Assembly: GCA_025558095.1 (NCBI GenBank)
Contig: JAIVFI010000022.1
Coordinates: forward strand, 372,001 to 436,000
Direction: 5' to 3'
DNA from: Hyaloraphidium curvatum SAG 235-1
Lineage: Eukaryota > Fungi > Monoblepharomycota
Length of the DNA: 64,000 nucleotides
The position numbers and the translations under genes were made by a program. The notes beneath the pieces are model-generated. The model made no database searches. It worked only from the letters and a program-made list of their open reading frames with translations, and was not told where the DNA came from. Shown piece by piece: positions 39,157 to 49,613 of this stretch (position 1 is its first letter; every line of letters begins with the position of its first letter).

Positions 39157-42100
39157 TTAGTCACGAATCTCTACAATTCCCATAAGTGCCCTGAAACGTT
39201 GAAACTTCTCCCTTGGTAGCTGTTTGGTGAGCAGATCCGCAAGCTGGTCCTCTGTGTTGATGTACTCCAGCTGTATCTCTCCACTATCAATTTTCTCCCT
39301 CACAAAATGGTACTGCACTCCAATGTGCTTGGTACGTTCGTGAAAGACAGGATTCTGCGCCAGCTTGATAGCCCCCTCATTGTCCTCCTTGATGACTGTT
39401 GGCCCTTGCTGAGGAAATCCCAATTCCTCCAATAAACTCCTTAGCCACGCAACTTGACGTCCAGCATAAGATAGAGCCATGTACTCGGCCTCTGTTGTAG
39501 AAAGAGCCACCACTGGTTGCAGTTGTGACTTGTAGATGATAAGGCCATTCCCCATCATCACAATAACCCCAGTAGTTGACCTCCCAGTGTCAAGGTCCCC
39601 AGCAAAACTAGCATCTGCATATCCGTGCAATGCTTTGGTCATGTCCAGATTCGGATCCCTCTTGTAGACCAAGCCAAAGTCAGCTGTTCCCTTCAAGTAT
39701 CTGGTTGTCTTCTTGACTTGCTCCACTGCTTCACGAGTAGGTGCCATCCCATGACGGCTCTCCGTGATAATAGGTAAGGCAATGTCCGGCCTGGTGAAGT
39801 TCATGGCATACATCCAGCTTCCCACCATTGATCTGAACGGAAAACGTCCGATTTCCTGCTCCTCAGCAGCAGACAACTCCGTCTTCCGTTTCCTGAGCTT
39901 CACCCCAACGTCCATAGGTACAGAAACTGCATTGCAAGTGTCCATTCCGAAGTCCTCCAAGGCTTTCTTGATGTAGTTGGACTGCTTGATTGTGATTGTT
40001 CCAGCCTTCTCGTCCTGCTTGATTTCCAAAGCCAGGAACTTTTTCATGCGACCCATGTAACGTATCTTAATCTGCTTTCCCAGCTCCTCAAGAAATGCAA
40101 TCGTCCGTTTTTCGTCCGTTGAGCTACATCCAAAGTCGTCCACATGAATAATCATCAAAAGAAACCAATCATCTTGCCGCAGAAAGTAGATGCAGTACTC
40201 CTTTGAGCAACGTATAAGCCCCATCTCCGTGAGTATCTCGTGCAGGTGTCTGTGCCAAGCACGTGCAGCTTGCACAAGTCCATAAACCGCGACTCCAGGT
40301 CGAATTACAGTAGGTCTTCCATCAGTAAACTCAGGTAAATCCATCCCTTGAGCTGGATACAAGTAAACTTCCTCGTTCTCCTGGAGCTTAGCCTGTAGAA
40401 ATGCAGCATTTGCATCAGCCTGATGTACGATCATGTTGTTCTGAGCAGATATCCAAAAGAAAAGCCGTACAGCAGCAGCAGAAGGTACAGGTGCAAAGGA
40501 TTGACCAAAAGAAGATGGATCCTGCCAATCACCCCTTGCCACCCATCGAGCCTTGTAGTTTTCCTCCCCCACAATGCTGCCATCAGCTCCAGGTTTGAGG
40601 TCAAATACAAATTGGCTTCCAACCGCGAATTTTTCCTTGCCCTCAGGCAATCCCATGATGTTGTACGCATCTCTGCTCTTGAAGTTGCCAATCTCACGTT
40701 CCATTGCCTTGGCCCACATCTCACGATCCTCTGAACGCATTGCCTCTGCATAGTTCCGTGGTACACGTGCTCCAGTGCTTGCAGCAAAGATTCCATCCAT
40801 GTGTGCCATGTCCTCCCAAGTTGGTAGGTGTCCCTGCCAGTCCAGGTGGTCCTGGACCTCCTCCATCAGGAAATTGATCGATTCCAGCGTGATCACGTTG
40901 ATCTCCTTCTCGTTGCTCGTGTTGGGGGCTTTCCACCACTCCCCAGGAGGTCTTGGAGCTCTGCTGGATGACCTTGTAGGTAAAGGTATCTTAGAACCCG
41001 TTCCAGCCGCCCCAGCGCCTCCCTGAGCTCCGCTGCTTGATGAAGATGCTCCTCCAGGCTCCCCACGTTGGTCTGTGGCTTCCCTAGCCGCACGATCACC
41101 AGAAAGTTGCGATCCACCAACTGCCTTTCCTCCCCCTGGATCGCCACTTCCACTGTTCCCAGAGCCTCTTCCACGAGCCACCAGCTCGTCCTCACTTTCG
41201 CTCTGAGCTCGTTGATCGCGTGACAGACGTAAATCCGTTCCCTGGCTGCCAGAACTTGAAGATTGATGTTGAGTACCTCCAACTTCCAGTCTTTGACCTC
41301 CTCCCCCGGCCTCCTGGCGCTCAGGTTGACGCTGCACACGGTCTCCCTGTGTCCCACGATGCTCCTGGTTGCCGTCGTCGATAGGATCTGCGGAACGGAC
41401 CCGCCGTGGCGTCTCCGGTGACGCCTCCAATTCCTCAGGCTGCGCCGACTCCTCCACTGCAAGTCGACGGTTCAATACAGCGCTCGGGTCCGCGTCCTCA
41501 GGTAGTTTTTCGACCGAAACTCCGCTTTCCAGAACCCGCATGTAGCTCTTGAGCGTCTTGTTTGACCAGCGTTCCTCGAAAACGACATCACGTGAGTCAA
41601 AAATCCGCCCGGTCTCAAGATTCTGGACCGTAAATGCCTTCGATCGCGAGCTCATTCCCAGGTAGCGGCATTGTACCGCCTTAGCATCCCATTTGCCGCG
41701 CTTATCCTTGTCGACGATCGCGTAACACGTTTCTCCGAAACGTCGGATGTGGCTAATGTTCGCCCGTCTCCCAGTCAGCAGTTGAAACGGCGTAGACCCT
41801 TTCTGCCACGTCTTTGTGTTCGGCAAACGATTCCGTGTGTTGATGTGATGATGCAGTGCGTATCCCCATAACGACTTCGGCGCTTTCGAGTCGATCAGGA
41901 TGGTCCGGATCCCTTCCTCGGCGGTCCGGTTCCGCCGCTCAATTACCCCATTCTGCGCAGGCCGATTCGCCACCGACGATTCCAACTTGATTCCCTCGTT
42001 CTTGCAGTACGCTTCGAGCCGTTTTGACGAGAATTCACCTCCGGGATCGACCCGCATGCATCCGACCTTTAGGCTGAACTGGTTCTTCACCCACTCGGCA

Positions 42101-44061
42101 AAGTGCATCATCCAGTCCTCCGCCTCCGATTTGTGCTTCAATAGGAACGCAAACTCCGCAGAAGTGTACTCGTCGACTGCATGCAATGCCCAGCGTTCTC
42201 CATGCACCGTTGCAACGTCCGATTGTATCAGGTCCCAGTGAGTCAGCTCAAACGGCCGCGAGACTTTCCGCTCCGACTCCGGATAGGGCAACTGATGCAT
42301 CTTCCCCATCACGCACTCCTTACAGAAGTTGTTGAGGTTTCCAGCAAACACGTACTCCTCCAATCCATCCACAATCCCAGCCTGTTGAACCTTCCTGAGT
42401 GCCGCGATCGGGTAGTGCCCGCAGCGCCCATGCGCAATCTCCGCGCTCAAATCCCCTTCCTGAGCACTCAGCATGATCTGTTCGTCATGCTCGTTGAGGA
42501 TTTCCGCGTTGAGATAGTAAACGTGACGATCTATGCGGCAAGTGCCCCGCACGTCGCCGCCCTTGGTGATGGCCCCTCCATCCGGACCCAGAAGCGTGTA
42601 GTATCCCATCTGCCCTAGTCTCCCAATCGAAATGAGCGTTGCAGGAAGATCTTTGATGAAAAGCACATCTTCCAGGGTGACGATGTCGCCAGAATTGGTG
42701 AGCTTGATCTTGAGCTTTCCGACTTCGATCGCACGCGCGATCCCTTTTCCCATTCGAACATCAACTGCATCGCACGGCTTGATGCCGTAGAGCAGTTCCC
42801 TGATTCCCGTCGCGTGCACGGACGCGCCGCTATCCCCCATCAGCCTGCCGCGCATCTCCTGGCCCGTCTTCGCCGCGTGCACGACGTGTTCCGGGGGTTT
42901 TTCGTATCCACCGTCCCCCGTCGTCTCCCCATCGTTTCCCTCGATTCCGCCCTCCATCATGAACAGGAACGCGCCGAATCGATCTTCCAGATCGGGGAGA
43001 TCGCCCAGGGTGAGCGTGTTCTGCTGCTCTCGTGCCGTTTTCCCATCGTCCTTCCTCCAGCACACGGCCTCGAGATGACCGTCCTTTCCGCACTTGTTGC
43101 AGGTTTTGTCACGATGGGTGCAGTCCTTCTTGACGTGTCCACCCTTCCCGCAGCAGAGGCACGTGATTCCCGAGCCGTTTTCGCCCTCCGCCGTGGCCTG
43201 CCGACCCCCGCGATTTCCGAATCCTCGCCCGCGACCCCTTGAACCCCCGCGGTCACCTCCATGGCCACCCCGTGATCCTCCGCGACCCCTGCCACGGTTT
43301 AGAGCGTACATCAACGTGTTTGGAGCGGGATTCACGGTTATGTTGGCTGCCCCAGGTGAGTACGTATCACCATTTTGCTCAGCTCGCTTGATCATAGTCT
43401 CCTCTTCCATCTCCATCCTCTTCTGAAGGTATGCAACGTTCAAGATAGGGTGTTTCTTCACTCCATTTTCAGTCTTCCACTCGTGTTTGGTCTGTGCTCC
43501 CAGCCAAATGCCGTCAATCTCGGCCCGGACTTGATCGAACTCAGGTAGGTCCTTCAGGACTTTCCTCCAGATGCTCATATCATCGTCATCTCCCTTCAGC
43601 TTTCCCAGTGCTTCAACTTCCATCTTTTTCTGCATGAAGCGGGTAAAATTCGGAGCCACCCGGTCGGTAATGATGAACTCAAAGCTGTAGTACTGGACCT
43701 CGGCGTTCCCTTGCTGCGCCACATTTTCCGTCACGAAACGCTTCTCTAGGTAGTCCCAGATGTCCTTAGCAGTGTCCATCCTGCTGCAGATCCTTTTGAG
43801 ACCAATAGAGAGTGATCCTACCAGGATCCCTTGAGCTTTCTGGTCCTTCGTGTTCCAGGCTGACAAATCATCTTCCGTCTTTCCTCCCTGCCCTACCACG
43901 GGCTTTGCCACCTTTCCAGTCACAATTTGCCAGTCACTCTCCCTCTGGAGCTTGGCCTTGATGTCAATTAACCAATCCTGGTAATTGGTTTGTGATCCGG
44001 TTTCCTCGAGCTTGGCCCCCCCAAACAATGCCACACGGGTTCCTCCGACCGAAATCTCCAT
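39157..44061 (-). CDS. Copia B Gag-Pol polyprotein (1634 aa, uninterrupted)
   Basis: Gag with two CCHC knuckles (CLCCGKGGHVKKDC, CNKCGKDGHLEAVC), protease DSGAS, AHGRCGH, integrase (DPGGEF, QNGVIERRNRT), RT (HVDD), RNase H (YADAS, EDN, QLADLLTK), in Copia domain order. Confidence 0.97.
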   Translation of the reverse strand: MEISVGGTRVALFGGAKLEETGSQTNYQDWLIDIKAKLQRESDWQIVTGKVAKPVVGQGGKTEDDLSAWNTKDQKAQGILVGSLSIGLKRICSRMDTAKDIWDYLEKRFVTENVAQQGNAEVQYYSFEFIITDRVAPNFTRFMQKKMEVEALGKLKGDDDDMSIWRKVLKDLPEFDQVRAEIDGIWLGAQTKHEWKTENGVKKHPILNVAYLQKRMEMEEETMIKRAEQNGDTYSPGAANITVNPAPNTLMYALNRGRGRGGSRGGHGGDRGGSRGRGRGFGNRGGRQATAEGENGSGITCLCCGKGGHVKKDCTHRDKTCNKCGKDGHLEAVCWRKDDGKTAREQQNTLTLGDLPDLEDRFGAFLFMMEGGIEGNDGETTGDGGYEKPPEHVVHAAKTGQEMRGRLMGDSGASVHATGIRELLYGIKPCDAVDVRMGKGIARAIEVGKLKIKLTNSGDIVTLEDVLFIKDLPATLISIGRLGQMGYYTLLGPDGGAITKGGDVRGTCRIDRHVYYLNAEILNEHDEQIMLSAQEGDLSAEIAHGRCGHYPIAALRKVQQAGIVDGLEEYVFAGNLNNFCKECVMGKMHQLPYPESERKVSRPFELTHWDLIQSDVATVHGERWALHAVDEYTSAEFAFLLKHKSEAEDWMMHFAEWVKNQFSLKVGCMRVDPGGEFSSKRLEAYCKNEGIKLESSVANRPAQNGVIERRNRTAEEGIRTILIDSKAPKSLWGYALHHHINTRNRLPNTKTWQKGSTPFQLLTGRRANISHIRRFGETCYAIVDKDKRGKWDAKAVQCRYLGMSSRSKAFTVQNLETGRIFDSRDVVFEERWSNKTLKSYMRVLESGVSVEKLPEDADPSAVLNRRLAVEESAQPEELEASPETPRRVRSADPIDDGNQEHRGTQGDRVQRQPERQEAGGGGQRLEVGGTQHQSSSSGSQGTDLRLSRDQRAQSESEDELVARGRGSGNSGSGDPGGGKAVGGSQLSGDRAAREATDQRGEPGGASSSSSGAQGGAGAAGTGSKIPLPTRSSSRAPRPPGEWWKAPNTSNEKEINVITLESINFLMEEVQDHLDWQGHLPTWEDMAHMDGIFAASTGARVPRNYAEAMRSEDREMWAKAMEREIGNFKSRDAYNIMGLPEGKEKFAVGSQFVFDLKPGADGSIVGEENYKARWVARGDWQDPSSFGQSFAPVPSAAAVRLFFWISAQNNMIVHQADANAAFLQAKLQENEEVYLYPAQGMDLPEFTDGRPTVIRPGVAVYGLVQAARAWHRHLHEILTEMGLIRCSKEYCIYFLRQDDWFLLMIIHVDDFGCSSTDEKRTIAFLEELGKQIKIRYMGRMKKFLALEIKQDEKAGTITIKQSNYIKKALEDFGMDTCNAVSVPMDVGVKLRKRKTELSAAEEQEIGRFPFRSMVGSWMYAMNFTRPDIALPIITESRHGMAPTREAVEQVKKTTRYLKGTADFGLVYKRDPNLDMTKALHGYADASFAGDLDTGRSTTGVIVMMGNGLIIYKSQLQPVVALSTTEAEYMALSYAGRQVAWLRSLLEELGFPQQGPTVIKEDNEGAIKLAQNPVFHERTKHIGVQYHFVREKIDSGEIQLEYINTEDQLADLLTKQLPREKFQRFRALMGIVEIRD

Positions 44062-44235
44062 CCCGGCCGCCGCAGCACCTCTAGTGCTTCACGCGCTCTT
44101 TCTAGCGCCCACTGAGTCCACCCAGGCGGTCCTGGAGACCAGACTCAGCTGGATGCGGTCCCCTCGGCTGGTTGCGCCACACGCAACTTCAAAGCCGCGC
44201 AAAAGTGTTCTGGACACCCTTTGGGCTCATAGACC

Positions 44236-44459
44236 TGTTGGAGTGGCTATGGGGCGTGGGGAAGACGTAGCCCCAGTGGTCTGAACCGGGTCAGAACTCA
44301 GATGGACGGGATGGGGAGAGGGACAGTTTCACGTTGACCCGTTGTCCATTCCCTTGCGATGACAAGTCCCTAGATGACCCCTCCGGTCGTACCCAAGTAT
44401 CCCCACACGCCAATAGACTCCCTATTGATACAGAATCGTAGCAACGATCCATTCCAACA
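44236..44459 (-). repeat. 5' LTR of Copia B
   Basis: Followed on the minus strand by PBS GGTCTATGAGCCC. Confidence 0.97.
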
Positions 44460-44934
44460 TGAGGCGCCGTTGATCCTTATCAGTTGCTTGAAGGACCATC
44501 ACCTGTCTGCCATGAGAAGTGTCTCGGACCGTGTTGCTGTTGCCCTGCAGCACGTCTGCATTCAGGATGTAGACGTTGTTCACCACCTGTGCCTTGGCAC
44601 GTGGTTCATTTCCAAATGTCAGGGTTGCAAAGAGTGGTTCATCAGAGGGATCTGTCAGGTTTTGAGGAGGTTTGGCACTGAACTCAAAACCTTTGCGTGC
44701 GTTGGAAATGTGCAAGTGACAGGAGTCGGCAAGCACTGAGGGGCATGAACAGTACGTTTGATACCAGGCATTTCCTCTTCGTATCATTGAAGTGAATCAT
44801 GATTGTCCCCGCGTAGTTGGCTAATAATTTCCCTTGGACTTGGGTGATTTGAACTGGAGGACAAAGAGGCCACATCTCCATAAAATCAGACAGGTCTGGA
44901 GACGAGTTGAATGATGCACATGGGCTCATAACCC

Positions 44935-45079
44935 TGTTGTGACGGACGACTGGTCCGGCCTCTAGCCGGTGTGGACGGAAGGATGCGTGACCCCTGTGTG
45001 TGGGGAATTCCGTAGTGTTGTGATTGAAGTTGGGGCCGCTTCTCTAAGTTGCCGCCAGCCTAACAACCTCGTCACAACA
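44935..45079 (-). repeat. 5' LTR of Copia A
   Basis: Followed on the minus strand by PBS GGTTATGAGCCC. Confidence 0.95.
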
Positions 45080-45838
45080 GTCTGCAAAGAACAGAGCCAG
45101 CAAGCTAGTGGACCATCCTCTCCTGATCCTCTTCCTCCTCAGACACCATGCCCAGATCCATCCCTTTTGCACCATTGGCCTCCATGAAAGCAGTGATGTC
45201 GTTGATGAACAAGATGAAGAACAGTGATGAGAGTGGGTCCCCTTGCTTCACTGCAGTTAGGAACTTGATGAAGTCCGACTTGGTGCCGTCCTCATCCCGG
45301 AGCCTTCCCCACACCCGCCCGAACGCCATCTCAAACATGTCAACAACCTGTTTGGGTACTCCCATCTCCTCCAGCTTCTGCCATAACCTGGGGCGCTCCA
45401 CCGTGTCAAAAGCCTTTTATTTTGCCTCCCTGCCATGCATGTGGTCATTGCTCTCACCGGGTTCTAGCACGGGTTGACGTGAGCTGGTAACTGGTCGGAT
45501 GAAAAGACATGGAGACACCAGTGGTGGACAGTGGCGTGGTGGATGAAGTGGCATGGGCTCCGTTGCATTGCGGAACTATATACAGTATAAATGGGTAAAG
45601 GTCACCATAAGGTCACCTCGAGAATCACCTGGGTCCGCCCGCCAAACCGCGGGGGCCGAAGTGACATTCCAAAGCTCCGAAACAAACCGTTGCCGTTCCC
45701 TCCCCAGGCCCGAACGGCCAGTGCCGCTTGGCACTGACGCTTAGAGAGGACCATAGATCCCCTCCCGGCCCTCGGTCGGGCACGGACTGTTCTGAGCGGC
45801 GAGCTTTTGGGACTCGGAGCCGGACACTTGACAGGACG

Positions 45839-48800
45839 ATGTCGGACAGCCGCACACCGGCTTCCGGGCCCGGATCCCGCCCCGCGGCGAAGGCGCGGGC
45901 TCCGAAGAGTGCGCCCCAGGGAACGCCGGGGGCTGGAGAGGGACGGAGGAGGCCGCGGGCATCGCGGGGTGGTGCGCGGACGCCCACATCGCAGGACGGC
46001 AACACCGGCTCGGGGACGTTGGAGCTGCCCGCGCCGACCCTGCCCGCGCGACGGAAGACCAAGACGAAGGCAGAGACCGGCACTCGGGCCAAGGCGGCGG
46101 TAAGTTTGTGCCGGAAGCCCGTCACGGGAACTCGACGCTGACCTGTTCTTGGCCCTCGGCCACGTGCAGGTCGTCTCCCCTACGGCGCCGTCTGGAAGTG
46201 CTTCGGAAGCTCCAAATCCGAAACGAAGGAAGACGGCAGACGGGGCAGCTCTGCCTGTTGCCGGACAGCCCTCCCCGCTTCGGCCTTCGACGGCAGCACC
46301 TTCCACCTCCCTCAACGACCCCAACGCGCCCGCTACCTCAGCCGGAGACCCTCCTGGGGACGAATCCGAGATTATTCTCCCCCCTGCCGGCCTGCAACTT
46401 GTTCTAGGCGGGCTTCGCTTGCAGATTCAGAACGCCGTACCTATCCCGTCGGAACTCTCGCGCCGGGCCCTCGAACAGCTCGATAGGCTGCGGCAGGACC
46501 AAACGACGACCACGAGCTCTCTTTACCGGCCGCAGATGACTGAGTACCTGCAGTTTTGCAAGACGGAGAAGCTCCCGGCATGGCCTATTCGGGGGGACAC
46601 AGTGGCCCTCTTCGTGGAGTACCTGTCACGGAGGCCGAAGAAGACGAGCGGCAAGAAGCGATCGAGGGACGAGATGGAGGAGACCGAGGAGGAGCGGGAA
46701 CGCCGGGAACAGCAGGCCAACGAGGAGCAGGAGCTCGGTCTTGGCAATCAGCACGGCGGACAACCGCTTTCCGAACAGCCGTTCGCGACCAAGACCGAGA
46801 CCCCGGGCGTGAGCACCGTGATTTTGGCCATCACTGCGCTCGAGTGGTTCCGCCTGCGGACGCAGGACTACTTTCCGCAGACCACTTACCCCGAGGCGCA
46901 CGTCAAGCTCCGGGATTGCTACGCTGTGAAGGAGCTGGAGAAGCTGCTTAAGGTGCTCGAAGTGGACAAGAAGAACTCCATCGACAGAATCAAAGCGCCG
47001 GGCGTTTTATCTGATACCTACTCGGACTCTGAGTTTCTGGCCGTCGCACAGTACCATCTGACAAGGGGCCGGATCTACCGCAACAAGAGGGTGCGCATGA
47101 CACCATTTCAGGAGATCCTGAACCTGCGTGCACGCACACTCCACCTCATCAACGGACTTGTCGGGTTCCGCTCCAGCAACGGGCGGGCGATCGAATTCTC
47201 GGACCTCTTTGTGAAAGTCGTCCAGCTCGGTCACGGAGAAGACCCGGTGACAGCCAAGGTAATGTACGGCTTGCCTCGCCGCACGAGAAAGCTGACGTTC
47301 CTTCCCCGCTTCCGGCACAGGCGTACTGCATCCTCGCGGACAACGGCAAAACGAATCGGCACGGCGGGGTCGACATTTTCGGCATGCTCCGCAACTACGA
47401 CGTGCGCCTGTGCGCCGTCGCCAGCCTCGCCATGCAAATGTACGCGCTAGATCGACTGCAAGACTTCCAGTGGCCAGATTGCGCCCCGGTCTTCGATTCC
47501 CTCACGACCAAGGTCGGTCGCCGCCCGTGGGTGAGGCTCAAGGTCTTTCCCCGAGCCAGCAACCCCTACGAGGAAATGTCCTACAACAGTGAACCGTGCT
47601 TTGCTCGGTCGAGGTGAAGATTTGGCGCCTGATGAATCCTTCGACGCAGCGCACTACCAGCAGGTCAAGAACGCGCACGACGACTTGGCCATCGGCATCA
47701 CCAAGGCCACGCACGCATGCAGGCAATACTCGGCCACAACATCCGTAGCGCGCGGCGCCAACAAAGCGGATGTCAAGGACCAGCATGGCTGGGACAAGAG
47801 CATGCTCAACCTCTACGACACCGGCTCGCTCCCCCTCACGCACCTTGTCGCTGTCGCCGGCGGGAACCCTCACAATTTGGCGTCCTATTTTCTTCCTCGC
47901 GCCGAGCTCGGTGGGTACCTTCGGCCAGCGCATGGAGCTGCTGGATGCTGACTGTCCTCTGATGCAGTGCCCCCGGCATCTCTTGTGGCCGAGACCTTCC
48001 AATTCGCAACGCGGGAGCTCGCGAACTACGCGAGCCGACTGCAGCAGGACCAGAGCAAGTTCCTCGACCCAACGTGCAAGGGCTTCCACGAGCTTGCGCG
48101 GGACTTGGCCACGGCGAGCATGCCCATCTCGAGACGCACACTTGCGCATGTACTTACTTCGGTCCCCCGCCAGGTCTTCTTCCAAGACGCGCCAAGCATG
48201 ATCGATCTCTTGTCTGGAGGGCGTTTCGGCAATGCCGAGGTGCCGAGGGAGCTCTGGTACGCGGGACTCCCGCTGATCTACCAGACGGAGCACTTCAAGT
48301 CGGAGGTCTACATCCACTATCACAACCAGGCGCTTGCGCAGCTCGAGGCCATCAAGGTCTCCCGCGCCAACACGCTCGCGCCCAAAGACTACGTCGACGC
48401 CATGGTCCCGCGGTTCCAGCAGCTGCAGTCGCAGCACGCGCAGCTGGAGAACCACGTCGTCACCGAGATCTCGGGCGTAAAGGAGCTCGTCAACGAGCGG
48501 TTCGACGAGATCAAGGAGCTCTTCCTCTCGCAGCGTGGTGAGCTGCCGTCGTCGGCCCGCCCGGTGAACGCCCGCTCGGTGAACCCGTCGGCGATCGTGG
48601 AGAACCCGACCCCCTCGGCGCCAGAGCGGAGGGCGAAGCCGCGGCTGCGTCATCGTCTGCGGCTGCGGCTGCAGCCGCCGCTGAAGCAGCCGCCGCGCAG
48701 AGGCGCCGCGAAGCCGAGGATCGCGCACGGAGGGAGAAGGAGGAGGCGGAGAAGCGAGTGGCGAAGGCCGAGCTCCTGCAGGAGCACGGTGCTCGCCTCG

Positions 48801-49201
48801 GGGCCCTGGAGCTCGTCTAGTACGAGCAGGGTCGGCGCTGGGTGCCCGCGTACCCCTTCCCTTGGGTCGTTAACCCGCGGGACATCTGGGACGAGTACAC
48901 GATCGGGGCCAAGCCGGATCCCGGGCGCCCTCGCCTGATCTCCATCCGGGAGCTCAACACCATCTTTGGCGGATCATGGACCCGCAACATTCCGACACTG
49001 AAGCAGCAGAAGAAGCGGAGGAAGCTGGTGTGCGACGAGGTGCAGCGCCTCCAGAAGGTGAACCATTGGTCCGAGGAACAGGCTCTCCAAAGCCTGTGCA
49101 ATTGCTTCCATCGCAATGGGAAGTGGACGGCAATTACCAACGTGTACAAAATCTTGACCGAGGAGCGCAAGGCACGCGGAGAAGCTGAAGCAGCGGAGTA
49201 G
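45839..49201 (+). CDS. CryptonF-type tyrosine recombinase (Ndc10 domain II-like) with C-terminal GCR1_C-like domain; in-frame TAG at 48818 before the last domain
   Basis: Introns 46100-46169, 47259-47320, 47589-47649, 47911-47967 and probably 48538-48602. Catalytic set GFRSSN (R), NGKTNRHG (K), KATHACR (HxxR), HGW (W), MLNLY (Y); LRNYDVRLCAVASLA; C-terminal DIWDEYTIG...SIRELNTIFGGSW...KRRKLV. Confidence 0.85.
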
Positions 49202-49613
49202 GGGAGCTGGCATGGTGCGGCGGACGGCTTCGGGCGGGATTCTTGGCCACGGCCTCTTGACAATCTTAAAGATCGTTGATGTATTCTTCGTTTTGCAATC
49301 TTCGTTGGTCCCTCAATGTCGAAGCTTGGTCTGGGGAAGCCGAAAACGTCCTTTTCGTAGTCGTTTTGTCGCGCCTTAGCGATCAACCCTTTGGTTGCTC
49401 GGGTGACAGTTACACAAACTCGGCCAATTCTCTCACTCGCGACCTCGTGACGGCCAGCTAGAGGCCTTAACGCGGCTCTCCTGAGCCGTCGCCATCGCCT
49501 CGTGGGGCACTGGGACCGTGGGACTCTCCGCGGGGCAGCTGCCGGCGGAAAAGTCACGTCGGGACCACTCCGCTCCGAGCACGAATCACTTGCCATTGGA
49601 GGGGCTGCCGGTC

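Larger units (their letters stand above)
38885..44459 (-). mobile_element. Intact Ty1/Copia LTR retrotransposon B nested in Copia A
   Basis: Apparently identical 224-bp LTRs 38885-39108 and 44236-44459; TSD TGAGG (38880-38884, 44460-44464); PBS 44223-44235; PPT 39109-39118. Confidence 0.97.
35521..45079 (-). mobile_element. Ty1/Copia LTR retrotransposon A (defective, gag deleted)
   Basis: 145-bp LTRs 35521-35665 and 44935-45079 (3 mismatches, TGTTGTGACG...CGTCACAACA); TSD GTCTG at 35516-35520 and 45080-45084; PBS 44922-44933; PPT 35759-35769. Confidence 0.95.
34387..45416 (-). mobile_element. 5'-truncated non-LTR retrotransposon (LINE, RTE/RTEX-like), copy 1, split by the Copia insertion (parts 34387-35520 and 45085-45416)
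   Basis: RT motifs KAFDTVER, KQGDPLSSLFF, FFAD|N, GLEINVSKT; C-terminal HDLEVETGR...GDEQHFLFHC; TACTATT-type tail at ~34387-34400; frameshifts and an internal deletion. Confidence 0.88.

Noticed and set aside
44922-44933. tRNA-Met gene
   Set aside because: Only a 12-nt match to the anticodon arm, serving as the retrotransposon primer-binding site; there is no cloverleaf.
48818-48820. Genetic code reassignment or selenocysteine-type recoding to explain the in-frame stop
   Set aside because: TAG is used as a normal stop in several host genes here (CMS1, ABD1, LCB3, VPS33, CDT1), and I found no in-frame TGA in conserved genes.
45839-49201. Domesticated Ndc10/Gcr1-like host gene, or a Starship captain (DUF3435)
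   Set aside because: It retains the catalytic residues, sits in a TE nest with terminal motif arrays and has a GCR1_C-like tail typical of CryptonF. There is no large cargo region as in Starships.
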